Notes: a model not told the origin generated them from the letters alone. Shown: positions 9,685 to 19,726, counted from the first letter of the stretch. The stretch is DNA of 64,000 nt from Bacteroidales bacterium (GCA_017550025.1 JAFYLU010000072.1:1885-65884), one strand, 5' to 3'. Program-made: numbers and translations.

Positions 9685-12600
9685 ATGAAAAAACATCACT
9701 TACTTCTTTCAGCATTGCTGATTCTCGCCGGATGTGCCGGACAGAAGGCTGAAACGGAATTCACTTCCTATGTCGACATGAGCATTGGAACCGGAGGACA
9801 CGGACATGTCTTCGTAGGAGCAAATGTACCTTTCGGAATGGTCCAGCTCGGACCGACAAGCATCCCACAGACCTGGGACTGGTGCTCCGGATATCATGAC
9901 AGCGACTCTACAGTCATCGGATTCTCTCACACCCACCTCAGCGGAACAGGTATCGGAGACCTCTTCGACATCACAGTCATGCCTGTGACAGGAGATGTCA
10001 GCTTCGCACGAGGAGAGGAGGCTGATCAGAATTCAGGACTCTGGTCATATGCCGACAGATCGAAGGAGGTCAAGACTCCGGGCTACTACAGCGTTCCGCT
10101 CACACGCTACGGCATCACAGCCGAGCTTACAGCCACCAACCGCGTTGGTCTGCATCGCTACACATTCCCTGCATCAGACGAGGCTGCCATTGTGTTTGAC
10201 CTCGAGAACGGAGGTTGCTGGGACAAGGCTACAGAGACTTTCATCGAGGCATGTTCCGAGAACGAGATCAGAGGATACAGATATTCAAGCGGCTGGGCAA
10301 ATGCACAGAGGATCTATTTCCACGCGGAATTCTCTGAACCGTTCGAAAGCTTCAATGTGATCACCTCCGCAAACAAGGACGGAGACATGCTTCCTCTTTA
10401 TGCACGCGCAGACTTCAACACAGAAGAAGGCGGACAGGTCATGCTCAAGGTGGGACTTTCCCCTGTAAGCATGGACGGAGCAAAGCAGAACATGGAAGCA
10501 GAACTTCCGGGATGGGAATTCGAAGCAGTTGCAGAAGCTGCAGAACAGCTCTGGAACGAAGAACTTTCAAAGATCGCCGTCGAGACAAAGGACGAAGAGG
10601 CGCTTAAGGTATTCTACACAGCCCTCTATCATTCGATGATCGCTCCTTCTACATTCTGCGATGCGGACGGTGCATACCGTGGAGCAGACGGCAAGGTATA
10701 CGAGAATCCGGGCTATACTACCCACACTACATTCTCTCTTTGGGACACATACAGGGCAGCAATGCCTTTGTACAGCATCTTCCAGAGCGAAAGATATGTA
10801 GATTTCATCAACACTATGCTCAGCATCTACAAGGAGCAGGGCAAGCTTCCTGTATGGCACCTGCATGGCTGTGAGACTGACTGTATGGTAGGAAACCCCG
10901 GCATCCCGCCTGTAGCTGACGCTATCGTGAAGGGATTCGAGGGATTTGACTACGAGCTTGCTTTCGAGGCAATGAAGAATTCTGCAATAAAGGCTGACAG
11001 AGGACAGGAATTCCGCATGAAGCATGGATATATCCCATGTGACCTCTTCGGTGAATCTGTTGCATATGACCTTGAATATGCCCTTGCTGACGGTGCTCTC
11101 GCGAATGCTGCCAAGGTACTTGGCAAGGAGGCTGAATATCAGCATTTCCTCAACAGAAGCAAGTCATACGTATATCTTTTCGACCATGAGCTTCAGTTCC
11201 TCCGCGGAAAAGACAGCAAAGGCAATTTCCGCAAGGAATACAGTCCGTTCGCTTCTACCCACCGCGCGGATGACTACTGCGAAGGAAACGGATGGCAGTA
11301 CACATGGCTCGTTCCTCATGACTTCAAGGGTCTTGTAAGCTGTTTCGGCAGCAAGGAGGCCTTCCTGAACAAGCTTGACGAGCTCTTCACCGTTTCATCT
11401 GTTGTCGAAGGCATGGAGACTTCTCCGGACATCTCGGGCCTCATCGGACAGTACGCCCATGGAAATGAGCCGAGCCACCATATTCTCTACTTCTACACTA
11501 TGGCCGGACAGCCTTGGAAGACAGCAGACAAGGTACGCGAAGTCCTCGACATCATGTACAGCGCAGAGCCTGACGGACTTTCAGGAAACGAGGACGTTGG
11601 CCAGATGTCATCATGGTACATTCTTTCCGCTCTCGGATTCTACGAGGTTGAGCCTGCATCCGGACGTTACTGGTTCGGCACGCCTCTCTTCGACAAGGCT
11701 TCAATTGAAGTTGCAGGAGGCAGATTCAATGTCACTGCAGTCGGAAACAGCGACGAAAACAGATATATCCAGAGAATTACCCTCAACGGAAAGACATATA
11801 CAAAGGGATATATCGAGTACAAGGATATCGCTGCTGGCGGAGAACTCGTGTTCACAATGGGTTCGGAGCCGAAAGTATGGTACTGCGCAAACGAGCCTGA
11901 GACATATGAAGACCAGCGTCCTGCAGAAGAGGACAGACTCTTCGTGTCGGAAGCTGTGGAGGCAGAGATCGAGCGCGTGTGCGCTATGCTTGAGAACCCA
12001 CGCCTGAGATGGATGTTTGCAAACTGCTACCCGAACACAATGGACACTACCGTTCATCCGGTAGAAAGCACTGACGGCCAGCCGGATACATTCGTATATA
12101 CTGGCGACATCCCTGCCATGTGGCTCCGTGACTCCGGTGCCCAGGTATGGCCATATGTCCGCTATGTCAACGAGGACGAGGCACTCAAGAACATGATTGC
12201 AGGAGTAATCAACCGCCAGTTCAAATGTATCTGCATTGACCCATATGCAAACGCATTCAACGTGGAGCCGCTCGGAGCTGCGAACAAGACAGACTGGCCG
12301 GAGGCTGACCCATATGTATTCGAGCGCAAATGGGAGATCGACTCTCACTGCTACCCTATCCGTCTCGCATATGAGTACTGGAAGACCAGCGGAGATACTT
12401 CAGTCTTCGGAGAGATCTGGGTAGAGGCCATGGGCAAGATCCTCGCGACTCTCAAGGAGCAGCAGCGCAAGGAAGGTCACGGAAGCTATGTATTCCTCCG
12501 CACCACTGACCGTCAGCTCGACACAAAATGCGTAGTCGGAAGAGGAAACCCTGTAAACCCTGTAGGTCTCATCGCATCGGCATTCCGCCCTTCAGACGAC

Positions 12601-13245
12601 GCCACTACATTCGAGTTCCTCGTACCGTCTAACTTCATGGCTGTAAGCTCACTCCGCAAGGCAGCAGAGATCCTCACCACAGTCAACGGCGAGACAGAGA
12701 TGGCTGCAGAGTGCACAGCTCTTGCAGACGAAGTAGCAAAGGCTCTCAAGGAATATGCAGTATATGACCACCCTGAATTCGGTAAGATCTATGCATTCGA
12801 AGTGGACGGTTTCGGAAGCCAGTTCCTCATGGACGACGCCAACGTTCCTTCACTCCTTGCAATGAGCTACCTCGGCGATGTTCCTGCAAACGACCCTATC
12901 TACATGAATACCAGAAAGTTCGTCTGGAGCGAGGCAAACCCTTACTTCCACCGCGGACCTGCAGGAGAAGGAATCGGCGGACCTCATATCTGGTCTGAAG
13001 TGATCTGGCCGATGAGCATCATGATGAAGGCTTTCACATCTGACTGCGACGACGAGATCCGCGACTGCATCTGCCAGCTCATGACCACAGACGCAGGAAC
13101 AGGCTTCATGCACGAGTCCTTCCACAAGGACAACAGCGAGGTCTTTACCCGCGAATGGTTCGCATGGCAGAACACCCTCTTCGGCGAGCTCATCCTCAAG
13201 ATCGTCAATGACGGCCGAGTACATGTATTGAACAGTATAATCTAA
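9685..13245 (+). CDS. Bifunctional GH92 alpha-mannosidase - GH125 exo-alpha-1,6-mannosidase fusion
   Basis: N-terminal ~730 aa: GTGGHGH, FSHTHLSGTG, FSLWDTYRA, YAHGNEPSHH, GNEDVGQMSSW (GH92). C-terminal ~450 aa: TGDIPAMWLRDS, FERKWEIDS, FRPSDDA, MDDANVPSLL, GFMHESF, FTREWFAWQN (GH125). Single open frame; lipobox LAGC. Confidence 0.92.
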   Translation: MKKHHLLLSALLILAGCAGQKAETEFTSYVDMSIGTGGHGHVFVGANVPFGMVQLGPTSIPQTWDWCSGYHDSDSTVIGFSHTHLSGTGIGDLFDITVMPVTGDVSFARGEEADQNSGLWSYADRSKEVKTPGYYSVPLTRYGITAELTATNRVGLHRYTFPASDEAAIVFDLENGGCWDKATETFIEACSENEIRGYRYSSGWANAQRIYFHAEFSEPFESFNVITSANKDGDMLPLYARADFNTEEGGQVMLKVGLSPVSMDGAKQNMEAELPGWEFEAVAEAAEQLWNEELSKIAVETKDEEALKVFYTALYHSMIAPSTFCDADGAYRGADGKVYENPGYTTHTTFSLWDTYRAAMPLYSIFQSERYVDFINTMLSIYKEQGKLPVWHLHGCETDCMVGNPGIPPVADAIVKGFEGFDYELAFEAMKNSAIKADRGQEFRMKHGYIPCDLFGESVAYDLEYALADGALANAAKVLGKEAEYQHFLNRSKSYVYLFDHELQFLRGKDSKGNFRKEYSPFASTHRADDYCEGNGWQYTWLVPHDFKGLVSCFGSKEAFLNKLDELFTVSSVVEGMETSPDISGLIGQYAHGNEPSHHILYFYTMAGQPWKTADKVREVLDIMYSAEPDGLSGNEDVGQMSSWYILSALGFYEVEPASGRYWFGTPLFDKASIEVAGGRFNVTAVGNSDENRYIQRITLNGKTYTKGYIEYKDIAAGGELVFTMGSEPKVWYCANEPETYEDQRPAEEDRLFVSEAVEAEIERVCAMLENPRLRWMFANCYPNTMDTTVHPVESTDGQPDTFVYTGDIPAMWLRDSGAQVWPYVRYVNEDEALKNMIAGVINRQFKCICIDPYANAFNVEPLGAANKTDWPEADPYVFERKWEIDSHCYPIRLAYEYWKTSGDTSVFGEIWVEAMGKILATLKEQQRKEGHGSYVFLRTTDRQLDTKCVVGRGNPVNPVGLIASAFRPSDDATTFEFLVPSNFMAVSSLRKAAEILTTVNGETEMAAECTALADEVAKALKEYAVYDHPEFGKIYAFEVDGFGSQFLMDDANVPSLLAMSYLGDVPANDPIYMNTRKFVWSEANPYFHRGPAGEGIGGPHIWSEVIWPMSIMMKAFTSDCDDEIRDCICQLMTTDAGTGFMHESFHKDNSEVFTREWFAWQNTLFGELILKIVNDGRVHVLNSII

Positions 13246-13274
13246 TCATCCCGACCTTGTTCGGCAAGACAGAT

Positions 13275-15518
13275 ATGAAGAAATTATTTTACATCATTGC
13301 GGCCGTAAGCGTCCTTGCAGGCTGCTGCAGACAGGAGACAGAACTCGTGACTGATCCGGCTGACTATGTTTCAACCCTGGTCGGATCGCTTTCAGAGCAT
13401 TCTTTCTCGACAGGAAACACTTATCCTGCAATCGCCCTTCCTTGGGGTATGAACTTCTGGACACCGGTTACCGGAGTCATGGGAGACGGATGGGCATACA
13501 GATATGACGCCCACCTCATCCGCGGTTTCGAGCAGACTCACCAGCCTTCCCCATGGATCAACGACTACGGCCAGTTCGCCATCATGCCGGTGCGCGACGC
13601 AAAGGCGGTTGACCAGGATTCACGCGCAAGCTGGTTCACTCATAACAGCGAGGTGGCAAAGCCATTTTACTATCAGGTCTATCTCGCAGACCACGACATC
13701 AATGCCGAGCTCGCCCCTACAGAAAGAGCGGCTTCCCTTCTCTTCACATTCCCTGAATCAGAGACTTCAGGTATCATCGTAGATGCCTACAATGAAGGTT
13801 CGTTCATCAAGGTACTTCCTGAAGAGAATGCCATCGTAGGATATACTACAAGAAACTGCGGCGGAGTTCCTGAAAACTTCCGCAACTGGTTCGTGGTGAA
13901 GTTCGACAAGCCTATCGAGGGTTACACAGTGTACGCAGGACCTTCAAAGGCACTCGCAGGAGCTGCTGAATTCGAGGGAGACCACGCTCTTGCAGCAGTA
14001 ACATTCAAGACCGTACGCGGCGAGAAGGTAAACGCACAGGCTGCATCTTCATTCATTTCCCTCGAGCAGGCATGGACCAACTTCAAGGAAGTTGAAGGCA
14101 AGTCTTTCGCACAGGTAAAGGATGAAGCCAAGGAGCGCTGGAACGATGTTCTCGGACGCATCCAGGTGGGCGGAGGTTCTGAAGACCAGTACCGCACATT
14201 CTACTCATGCCTCTACCGAAGCACACTCTTCCCACGCAAGTTTTACGAGATAAACGAGGCAGGACAGCCAGTACATTACAGCCCGTACAACGGTCAGGTA
14301 TGTGACGGCTATCTTTATACTGACACCGGATTCTGGGATACATTCCGTTGCCTCTTCCCTCTCCTGAACCTCGTATATCCTGACATCAATGAGGAAATGC
14401 AGCTTGGTTTCGCCAACATCGCACGCGAGAATGCATTCCTTCCTGAATGGTCAAGCCCGGGACACAGAGGCTGCATGGTAGGAAACAACTCCGCTTCAGT
14501 GGTGGCTGACGCAATCATCAAGGGCATCACTCCAGAAAGCGAGTGGCAGACACTCTACGACTGCATCGTATACGGAACAGAACATGTACACCCTGAAGTA
14601 AGCTCGTCAGGAAGACTCGGTCACGAGTATTACAACTCAATCGGATATGTGCCTTACAATGTAGGCATCCATGAAAATGTAGCCCGCACACTCGAGTACG
14701 CTTATGACGACTGGTGCATCCTCCAGCTTGCAAAGAAGCTCGGACGCCCCCAGGAGGAGCTCGACAAGTGGGAGCAGCGTTCAAACAACTGGAAGAATGT
14801 ATTCGACCCATCTCACAACCTTATGCGTGGCCGCAACCTTGACGGCAGCTTCCAGGAGCCGTTCAGCCCTTACAAGTGGGGTGACGCCTTCACAGAAGGA
14901 AACGCTTGGCATTATACATGGTCTGTATTCCACGATGTGGAAGGCCTTAAGGAAAGCATGGGAGGCAACGACAACTTCACAGCAATGCTTGACTCTGTAT
15001 TCGTTGTTCCACCTATCTACGACGACAGCTATTATGGATGGCGCATCCACGAGATCACTGAAATGCAGGTGGCTAACATGGGTAACTATGCCCACGGTAA
15101 CCAGCCGGCACAGCATATGATCTACCTCTATGACTGGACTGACCAGCCTTGGAAGGGCCAGAAGTGGATCCGCGAGGTGATGGACCGCCTCTACAGCGCA
15201 AGACCTGACGGATACTGCGGTGACGAGGACAACGGACAGACATCAGCATGGTATATTTTCTCTGCTCTCGGATTCTACCCTGTATGTCCTGCATCTGACG
15301 AATATGCGATCGGTACTCCATATTTCCAGAAGGCTGTCATCAACCTTGCAAACGGACAGTCTGTGGTCATCAACGCAGCTGACAACGGCACCGAGACTCC
15401 ATACATCAGCAGCATGAAGTTCAACGGAAAGGCTCATAAATCTAACTTCCTCAACCACAGCGAGCTGGTTAAGGGCGCAAAGATCGACTTCACTATGTCA
15501 TCCGAGCCTCTGAAATAA
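13275..15518 (+). CDS. GH92 alpha-1,2-mannosidase (Bt3990-type)
   Basis: STGNTYP, THQPSPWINDYG, GFWDTFR, IHEITEM (His-Glu), YAHGNQP, YCGDEDNGQTSAW. Start taken at MKKLFY (13275). Confidence 0.9.
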   Translation: MKKLFYIIAAVSVLAGCCRQETELVTDPADYVSTLVGSLSEHSFSTGNTYPAIALPWGMNFWTPVTGVMGDGWAYRYDAHLIRGFEQTHQPSPWINDYGQFAIMPVRDAKAVDQDSRASWFTHNSEVAKPFYYQVYLADHDINAELAPTERAASLLFTFPESETSGIIVDAYNEGSFIKVLPEENAIVGYTTRNCGGVPENFRNWFVVKFDKPIEGYTVYAGPSKALAGAAEFEGDHALAAVTFKTVRGEKVNAQAASSFISLEQAWTNFKEVEGKSFAQVKDEAKERWNDVLGRIQVGGGSEDQYRTFYSCLYRSTLFPRKFYEINEAGQPVHYSPYNGQVCDGYLYTDTGFWDTFRCLFPLLNLVYPDINEEMQLGFANIARENAFLPEWSSPGHRGCMVGNNSASVVADAIIKGITPESEWQTLYDCIVYGTEHVHPEVSSSGRLGHEYYNSIGYVPYNVGIHENVARTLEYAYDDWCILQLAKKLGRPQEELDKWEQRSNNWKNVFDPSHNLMRGRNLDGSFQEPFSPYKWGDAFTEGNAWHYTWSVFHDVEGLKESMGGNDNFTAMLDSVFVVPPIYDDSYYGWRIHEITEMQVANMGNYAHGNQPAQHMIYLYDWTDQPWKGQKWIREVMDRLYSARPDGYCGDEDNGQTSAWYIFSALGFYPVCPASDEYAIGTPYFQKAVINLANGQSVVINAADNGTETPYISSMKFNGKAHKSNFLNHSELVKGAKIDFTMSSEPLK

Positions 15519-15535
15519 TTTCCTGCAAAGGACAT

Positions 15536-15585
15536 AAAAGCTGAATGCCCGTGCAGCCAGACGGTTGCACGGGCATTCAGCTTTT
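15536..15585. terminator. Bidirectional intrinsic terminator between convergent genes
   Basis: AAAAGCTGAATGCCCGTGCAGCC-agac-GGTTGCACGGGCATTCAGCTTTT, a 23-bp stem with one G-U pair and A/T tails on both sides. Confidence 0.9.
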
Positions 15586-15602
15586 CTTATCGTATATCTG
15601 TC

Positions 15603-16067
15603 TTATTCGAATGAAATCTTCTGCTCCACGAGGTCAAGCAGGTCATCGATCTCCTCATAGGAGCGCGCTGTGGTAAGGATAGTGAAGAGCTGGCTTCTTC
15701 CTTCCGAACCGACTTCCGCACATATGAAATTACATGCGAGATTGTCCTCTGTAGGCACTTCAAAGCCGAATCCTACAGTTCCGAGGAAGTCGTATTCACA
15801 TATAGGGTCCTCATCGTCTGCTGCTCCTGTCTCTCCGATCAGTTCTTCATAAGTGTCGCTGGCTTCCATGAATGTATCCGATCCTTCCGGCATCGGTCCA
15901 TAGCTGATGACTATCGATCTCGGATCACCGTCGACAGCAGAAATGTCGATCATAGAGCACACCCTGCCGTCAGGCTCTGTATATGTCTGGGTAACGGCTT
16001 CCCATATTTCCGGAATCTCCATCCTGATTCCACCGAATACCACCGGTTTCAATGCTATTTCGCTCAT
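15603..16067 (-). CDS. Small acidic hypothetical protein
   Basis: ORF after the PanE-like gene; start MSEIALK (16067) avoids overlap with it; very D/E-rich; no family recognised. Confidence 0.7.
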   Translation of the reverse strand: MSEIALKPVVFGGIRMEIPEIWEAVTQTYTEPDGRVCSMIDISAVDGDPRSIVISYGPMPEGSDTFMEASDTYEELIGETGAADDEDPICEYDFLGTVGFGFEVPTEDNLACNFICAEVGSEGRSQLFTILTTARSYEEIDDLLDLVEQKISFE

Positions 16068-16098
16068 ATTGATATGTATTAAAGGATTCAACTTGTTT

Positions 16099-17103
16099 TC
16101 AGACAAACAATGAAAGGTTTTCAAAGCCTGGCTTCAGCTCGCCTTTTTCTATGCGGTGTATGATTTCCACAACCTTGTCATTCATCGGAGTCGGGAATCC
16201 GACCATGCGGCCATAATCGGAAACAGCTCCATTGATCGCATCCACCTCGGTCAGCTTGCCCTTCTCTATATCCTGAAGCATACTTGCCTTGAGTTTCGCA
16301 TGCTTTCTGATCGCAATCGGGATTATCATGAATGCGAATGCACGCTTGAGTGGGTTGCTATAGTCAAGAAGCTTTACGATGTCCTTGCCCTGCACAGGCT
16401 CGATGCGGATTCCTCCGGTGCGGCAGACATCAATGCATTCCTTTATCAGCTTCTGCACTACCCTGCGGGACTCCTTCGGTCCTGCAGCTTCACCGAATGT
16501 ACATCCGAGAACAGCGCTCATGCCGGAAAATGCGGCATTTATAAGAAGCTTGCTCCAGCGGGTTCCGATGAAGTTTTCCTCCACATCGACAGTTCCCATA
16601 TGTTCGAGCAGTTCCTTGACCTTGGCAAAATGTCCGCTGTGCCTTTGCGAAACTGCACCGAGAGAGAAGGAGAGGGCATCCGGAGAACTGGTCAGTTCGC
16701 ATACACCGGGACCCTGCATAGTCGCTCCCCATGCCACTGTACAGCCAAGAACCCTTTCCTCCCCAAGCACCTTCGCAATCTGCATTTCCGGAAGACCGTT
16801 CTGAAATGTCACCAGCACGCCGTCATCAGCGAGATAGTTCTTGAGCATCTGGACCGTTTCCGCATTGTTCTGCTGTTTGGTCATAAGGAAGATTATGTCA
16901 TATGTGCCGGACATTTCCGCCGGTGTGTATGCCGTTACCTGCTGGGTGAACTGCACCGTTCCCGTTACCTGGGCTCCCTTTGACTGTAGTGCCTCGACAT
17001 GAGCCTTGTTCCTGTTTATGAGATCGACCGGAACACCGGCCCTGGTGATATAGGCGCCTAATATCGTGCCTAACGAGCCGGCACCGTAAATTGCAAGTTT
17101 CAT
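16099..17103 (-). CDS. panE: Ketopantoate reductase (PanE/ApbA) family protein
   Basis: Rossmann motif LAIYGAGSLG, TFQNGL, RWSKLLINAA, SMLQDIEKGKLTEVDAINGAV. Confidence 0.88.
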   Translation of the reverse strand: MKLAIYGAGSLGTILGAYITRAGVPVDLINRNKAHVEALQSKGAQVTGTVQFTQQVTAYTPAEMSGTYDIIFLMTKQQNNAETVQMLKNYLADDGVLVTFQNGLPEMQIAKVLGEERVLGCTVAWGATMQGPGVCELTSSPDALSFSLGAVSQRHSGHFAKVKELLEHMGTVDVEENFIGTRWSKLLINAAFSGMSAVLGCTFGEAAGPKESRRVVQKLIKECIDVCRTGGIRIEPVQGKDIVKLLDYSNPLKRAFAFMIIPIAIRKHAKLKASMLQDIEKGKLTEVDAINGAVSDYGRMVGFPTPMNDKVVEIIHRIEKGELKPGFENLSLFV

Positions 17104-17120
17104 AGTATTTTTCTTTAGCT

Positions 17121-18323
17121 TTATTTATCTGACTGACTGGCAAGACCCTGAAGATCTGTTCCTGCAGGGCTCTGGAAGACCTTCAGACCAAACATATGGA
17201 GCATGGCAAGCACATGGTCGAAGACCTCCGCCTGAAGGTGTTCATATTTCAGCCATGCAGTATCTGCCGAAAAGAAGTACAGTTCCACAGGCATTCCCTG
17301 CGCTGTCGGCTGAAGCTGGCGGACTGTCATTATCATTTCCTGATTGACCTTCGGATGATTACGGAGATAGTGCTCGAGATAATGACGGAATATATAGAGA
17401 TTCACCTCTTCCCTGCCGGTAGCTTCGAATCCCTCCATCCACGGCTGCTTTCTGTAATCTTCCATTTCCTCCGGAGTGCAGAAACGAACCGTATTCATGT
17501 CTATATTTATCGAACGCTTCACCCTCCTTCCTCCGATGTCGAACATTCCGCGCCAGTTCTGGAACGAGTCGTTCACCAATGCGTATGGAGGTACGGTGAC
17601 GATGGTCTTGTCCCAGTTCCTTACCTTGACAGTAGTCAACGTCACCTCCATCACATCGCCGTCAGCACCATATTTCGGCACGGTGATCCAGTCTCCCGGA
17701 CGAAGCATATCATTGGCCATCAACTGAATACCTGCCACAAGTCCTCTGATGGTATCCTGAAACACCAGCATCAGGATCGCAGTTCCCGCACCAAGACCGG
17801 TAAGTATGGCCACAGGGCTCTTGCCTATGAGAGTGCTGATGACAATGATGGCTCCGATGCATACCGCGACAAGCTTCATCATCTGATAAAAACCTTTCAG
17901 AGAATGACCCTTAAGCTTCTCATGCTCGTTTGATATTGCATAAAGCGATGATATGAATGTACATACCAGCTTAACACTGACAATCGTGATATAGACAAGA
18001 GTCATCTTCAGCAAAAAGTCCATGAAGGCAGGATAATCCTGAAGAATCAGCGGAATAACCACATACACCGTTATGGGAAAGATCAGCCGGCAGGCATCCA
18101 GAAGCACATCATCACTCAAAAGATGATCATCCCAGACCGACTCTGTCTTCGCAGTCAGCCTGCGTATTCCCGGAATGACGATTTTCCGGCACACCCTGTC
18201 TATGATAAACGCCAGCAGCAACAGGCCTGCTACTGCTCCGACCCGCACAATCCACTGCGTGCTCTCTCCAGCCAGCCCCCACTGCTCCATCCATCCGAAA
18301 AGTCCATTATTTATATTTTCCAT
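17121..18323 (-). CDS. MscS-family mechanosensitive channel (YbdG/MscM-like)
   Basis: Several TM helices then GLGAGTAILMLVFQDTI, GDWITVPKYGADGDV, TTVKVRNWDKTI, NWRGM, GGRRVKRS, VRQLQPT, VFQSP. Confidence 0.92.
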   Translation of the reverse strand: MENINNGLFGWMEQWGLAGESTQWIVRVGAVAGLLLLAFIIDRVCRKIVIPGIRRLTAKTESVWDDHLLSDDVLLDACRLIFPITVYVVIPLILQDYPAFMDFLLKMTLVYITIVSVKLVCTFISSLYAISNEHEKLKGHSLKGFYQMMKLVAVCIGAIIVISTLIGKSPVAILTGLGAGTAILMLVFQDTIRGLVAGIQLMANDMLRPGDWITVPKYGADGDVMEVTLTTVKVRNWDKTIVTVPPYALVNDSFQNWRGMFDIGGRRVKRSINIDMNTVRFCTPEEMEDYRKQPWMEGFEATGREEVNLYIFRHYLEHYLRNHPKVNQEMIMTVRQLQPTAQGMPVELYFFSADTAWLKYEHLQAEVFDHVLAMLHMFGLKVFQSPAGTDLQGLASQSDK

Positions 18324-18424
18324 ATGTAATATTACATTATGAGGGCCCGTTCAAGCCAATATCACGCCCCCTGTTTTGCATATAGTCTGCAATATAGGAA
18401 TAATTTGCCAAGTAAATACAATAA

Positions 18425-18461
18425 TGCCCCGAAAGTCACCATATGACTTTTCGGGGCAAAA
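18425..18461 (-). terminator. Hairpin, probable terminator after the Rpn gene
   Basis: TGCCCCGAAAGTCA-ccata-TGACTTTTCGGGGCA inverted repeat about 25 nt past the Rpn stop. Confidence 0.65.
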
Positions 18462-18482
18462 TGAGTTTTCAAAAGGATGGCA

Positions 18483-19469
18483 CTACAAGGCCTTTACATC
18501 GTCCATGGACAAACCGGTAATCGAAGCAACATCCTCGACAGACATTCCTTTCTTCAAAAGATTATGTGCAACAGCCTTTATTGTTTCTTCTCTACCTTCT
18601 TCCCATCCCCTCGCAAAACCTTCTGCAAGTCCAGCAGCATGACCTTTTTTCTCGGCTTCTTCTGCAGCCGTATGAATGGTATTGTAGTAATCGCCCATAT
18701 TATCAAGTGATTTTTTATACTGTTTAAGTTCCTCCGCCGTAAATTTACCAATTTCCGCCAGCAAAAACAAACGAGTGAACAACGGATCACCAAATTCAGA
18801 CGGAATTTCAACCATCTCATGCATGTGCTTCAGGAGATACATCCATTTGTCGAATACCGTATCGAGTTCCCAGATACGCTTGTTGAATCTTCCCAACTCG
18901 AGAAAGACAAACCTCAACACATCAGTCATCACCTCGTGACTGAAATCCTCACGAAGTCGATAGGATGAGCAACACATATCTTCTGGCCATGAAGAAGAAT
19001 GCTCGAAACGGAAGTTCAATATAGCCACCACCGTGACCGGTTTCAGATCATAGTCCCATTGATACTTGGCATTATCATCAGGGTTATCAGATTTTTCCTT
19101 TATATAAAGTTCCCTGGCATGCCTTCCTTGCTCGTTAATGGGATATGATGTATAATACAGTGCACGCTTACGGAAATGACGCTGGTGAGCACGTTGCATC
19201 TCTATTATGAAGCTTTTGCCATCCTTACATCGGCATGAGATATCGAATACGGCCTTGCGGTCTTCTTCAGTATCTCCCAGATGCTCGGTCGGAATGAAGT
19301 CGACATCAACAATTTCAGCATCTTCAAGAATCATGTTCAGAAATCCTATCAGTACATCCTTGTTAGCCTCGCTGCCGAAAAGCCTCTTAAACATGAAGTC
19401 ACACAGCAGTTCAGCATACTGCTGTCCGCTCCTTCTCACTGATTTTGCATTCTTCGTCTCCATAAACAA
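18483..19469 (-). CDS. Rpn-family recombination-promoting nuclease / PD-(D/E)XK putative transposase
   Basis: DFMFKRLFG, VLIGFLN, AVFDISC, FIIEMQ, RALYY, FVFLEL, DKWMYLLK and C-terminal EG-rich/HTH-like tail (GMSVEDVASITGLS). Confidence 0.92.
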   Translation of the reverse strand: MFMETKNAKSVRRSGQQYAELLCDFMFKRLFGSEANKDVLIGFLNMILEDAEIVDVDFIPTEHLGDTEEDRKAVFDISCRCKDGKSFIIEMQRAHQRHFRKRALYYTSYPINEQGRHARELYIKEKSDNPDDNAKYQWDYDLKPVTVVAILNFRFEHSSSWPEDMCCSSYRLREDFSHEVMTDVLRFVFLELGRFNKRIWELDTVFDKWMYLLKHMHEMVEIPSEFGDPLFTRLFLLAEIGKFTAEELKQYKKSLDNMGDYYNTIHTAAEEAEKKGHAAGLAEGFARGWEEGREETIKAVAHNLLKKGMSVEDVASITGLSMDDVKAL

Positions 19470-19624
19470 TCATTTTACACACAGCAAAGTTCCACAGACT
19501 TATCCGTGTAACGAAATTTTATGAGCTTATATGAAAAAAACGGCCTTTCACATCACTGGAAGGTCGATTAAGGATTGAAAAATTATTCAATATTTTAAAA
19601 TGTCAGATAAATTTCCGATGTTCA

Positions 19625-19649
19625 GATGCCCGGTCAAGTCGAGCATGAC
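19625..19649. repeat. REP-like palindrome (GATGCCCG..TCAAG..GCATGAC type)
   Basis: GATGCCCGGTCAAGTCGAGCATGAC forms an imperfect hairpin and resembles REP families ending in CATGAC; single copy in window. Confidence 0.45.
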
Positions 19650-19718
19650 GGAGACGAAGGGCTGACGGGAAGGATATGATTTAATTTCGTGCGGAATTGG
19701 ATTTAGAGAAAAATTGAG

Positions 19719-19726
19719 TATCTTTG
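19719..19726 (+). promoter_or_regulatory. -7 promoter box for GH130-GH92-CotH-manA operon
   Basis: TATCTTTG (TAnnTTTG) 27 nt before ATG 19754. Confidence 0.7.

Noticed and set aside
18483-19469. Rpn gene as an IS element
   Set aside because: No terminal inverted repeats or target-site duplication seen; the family is not established as an autonomous transposase.
19534-19566. Hairpin CGGCCTTTCA/TGGAAGGTCG preceded by an A7 run
   Set aside because: The stem pairs well only on the + strand while the U-tail is on the - strand, and no gene ends here; ambiguous.
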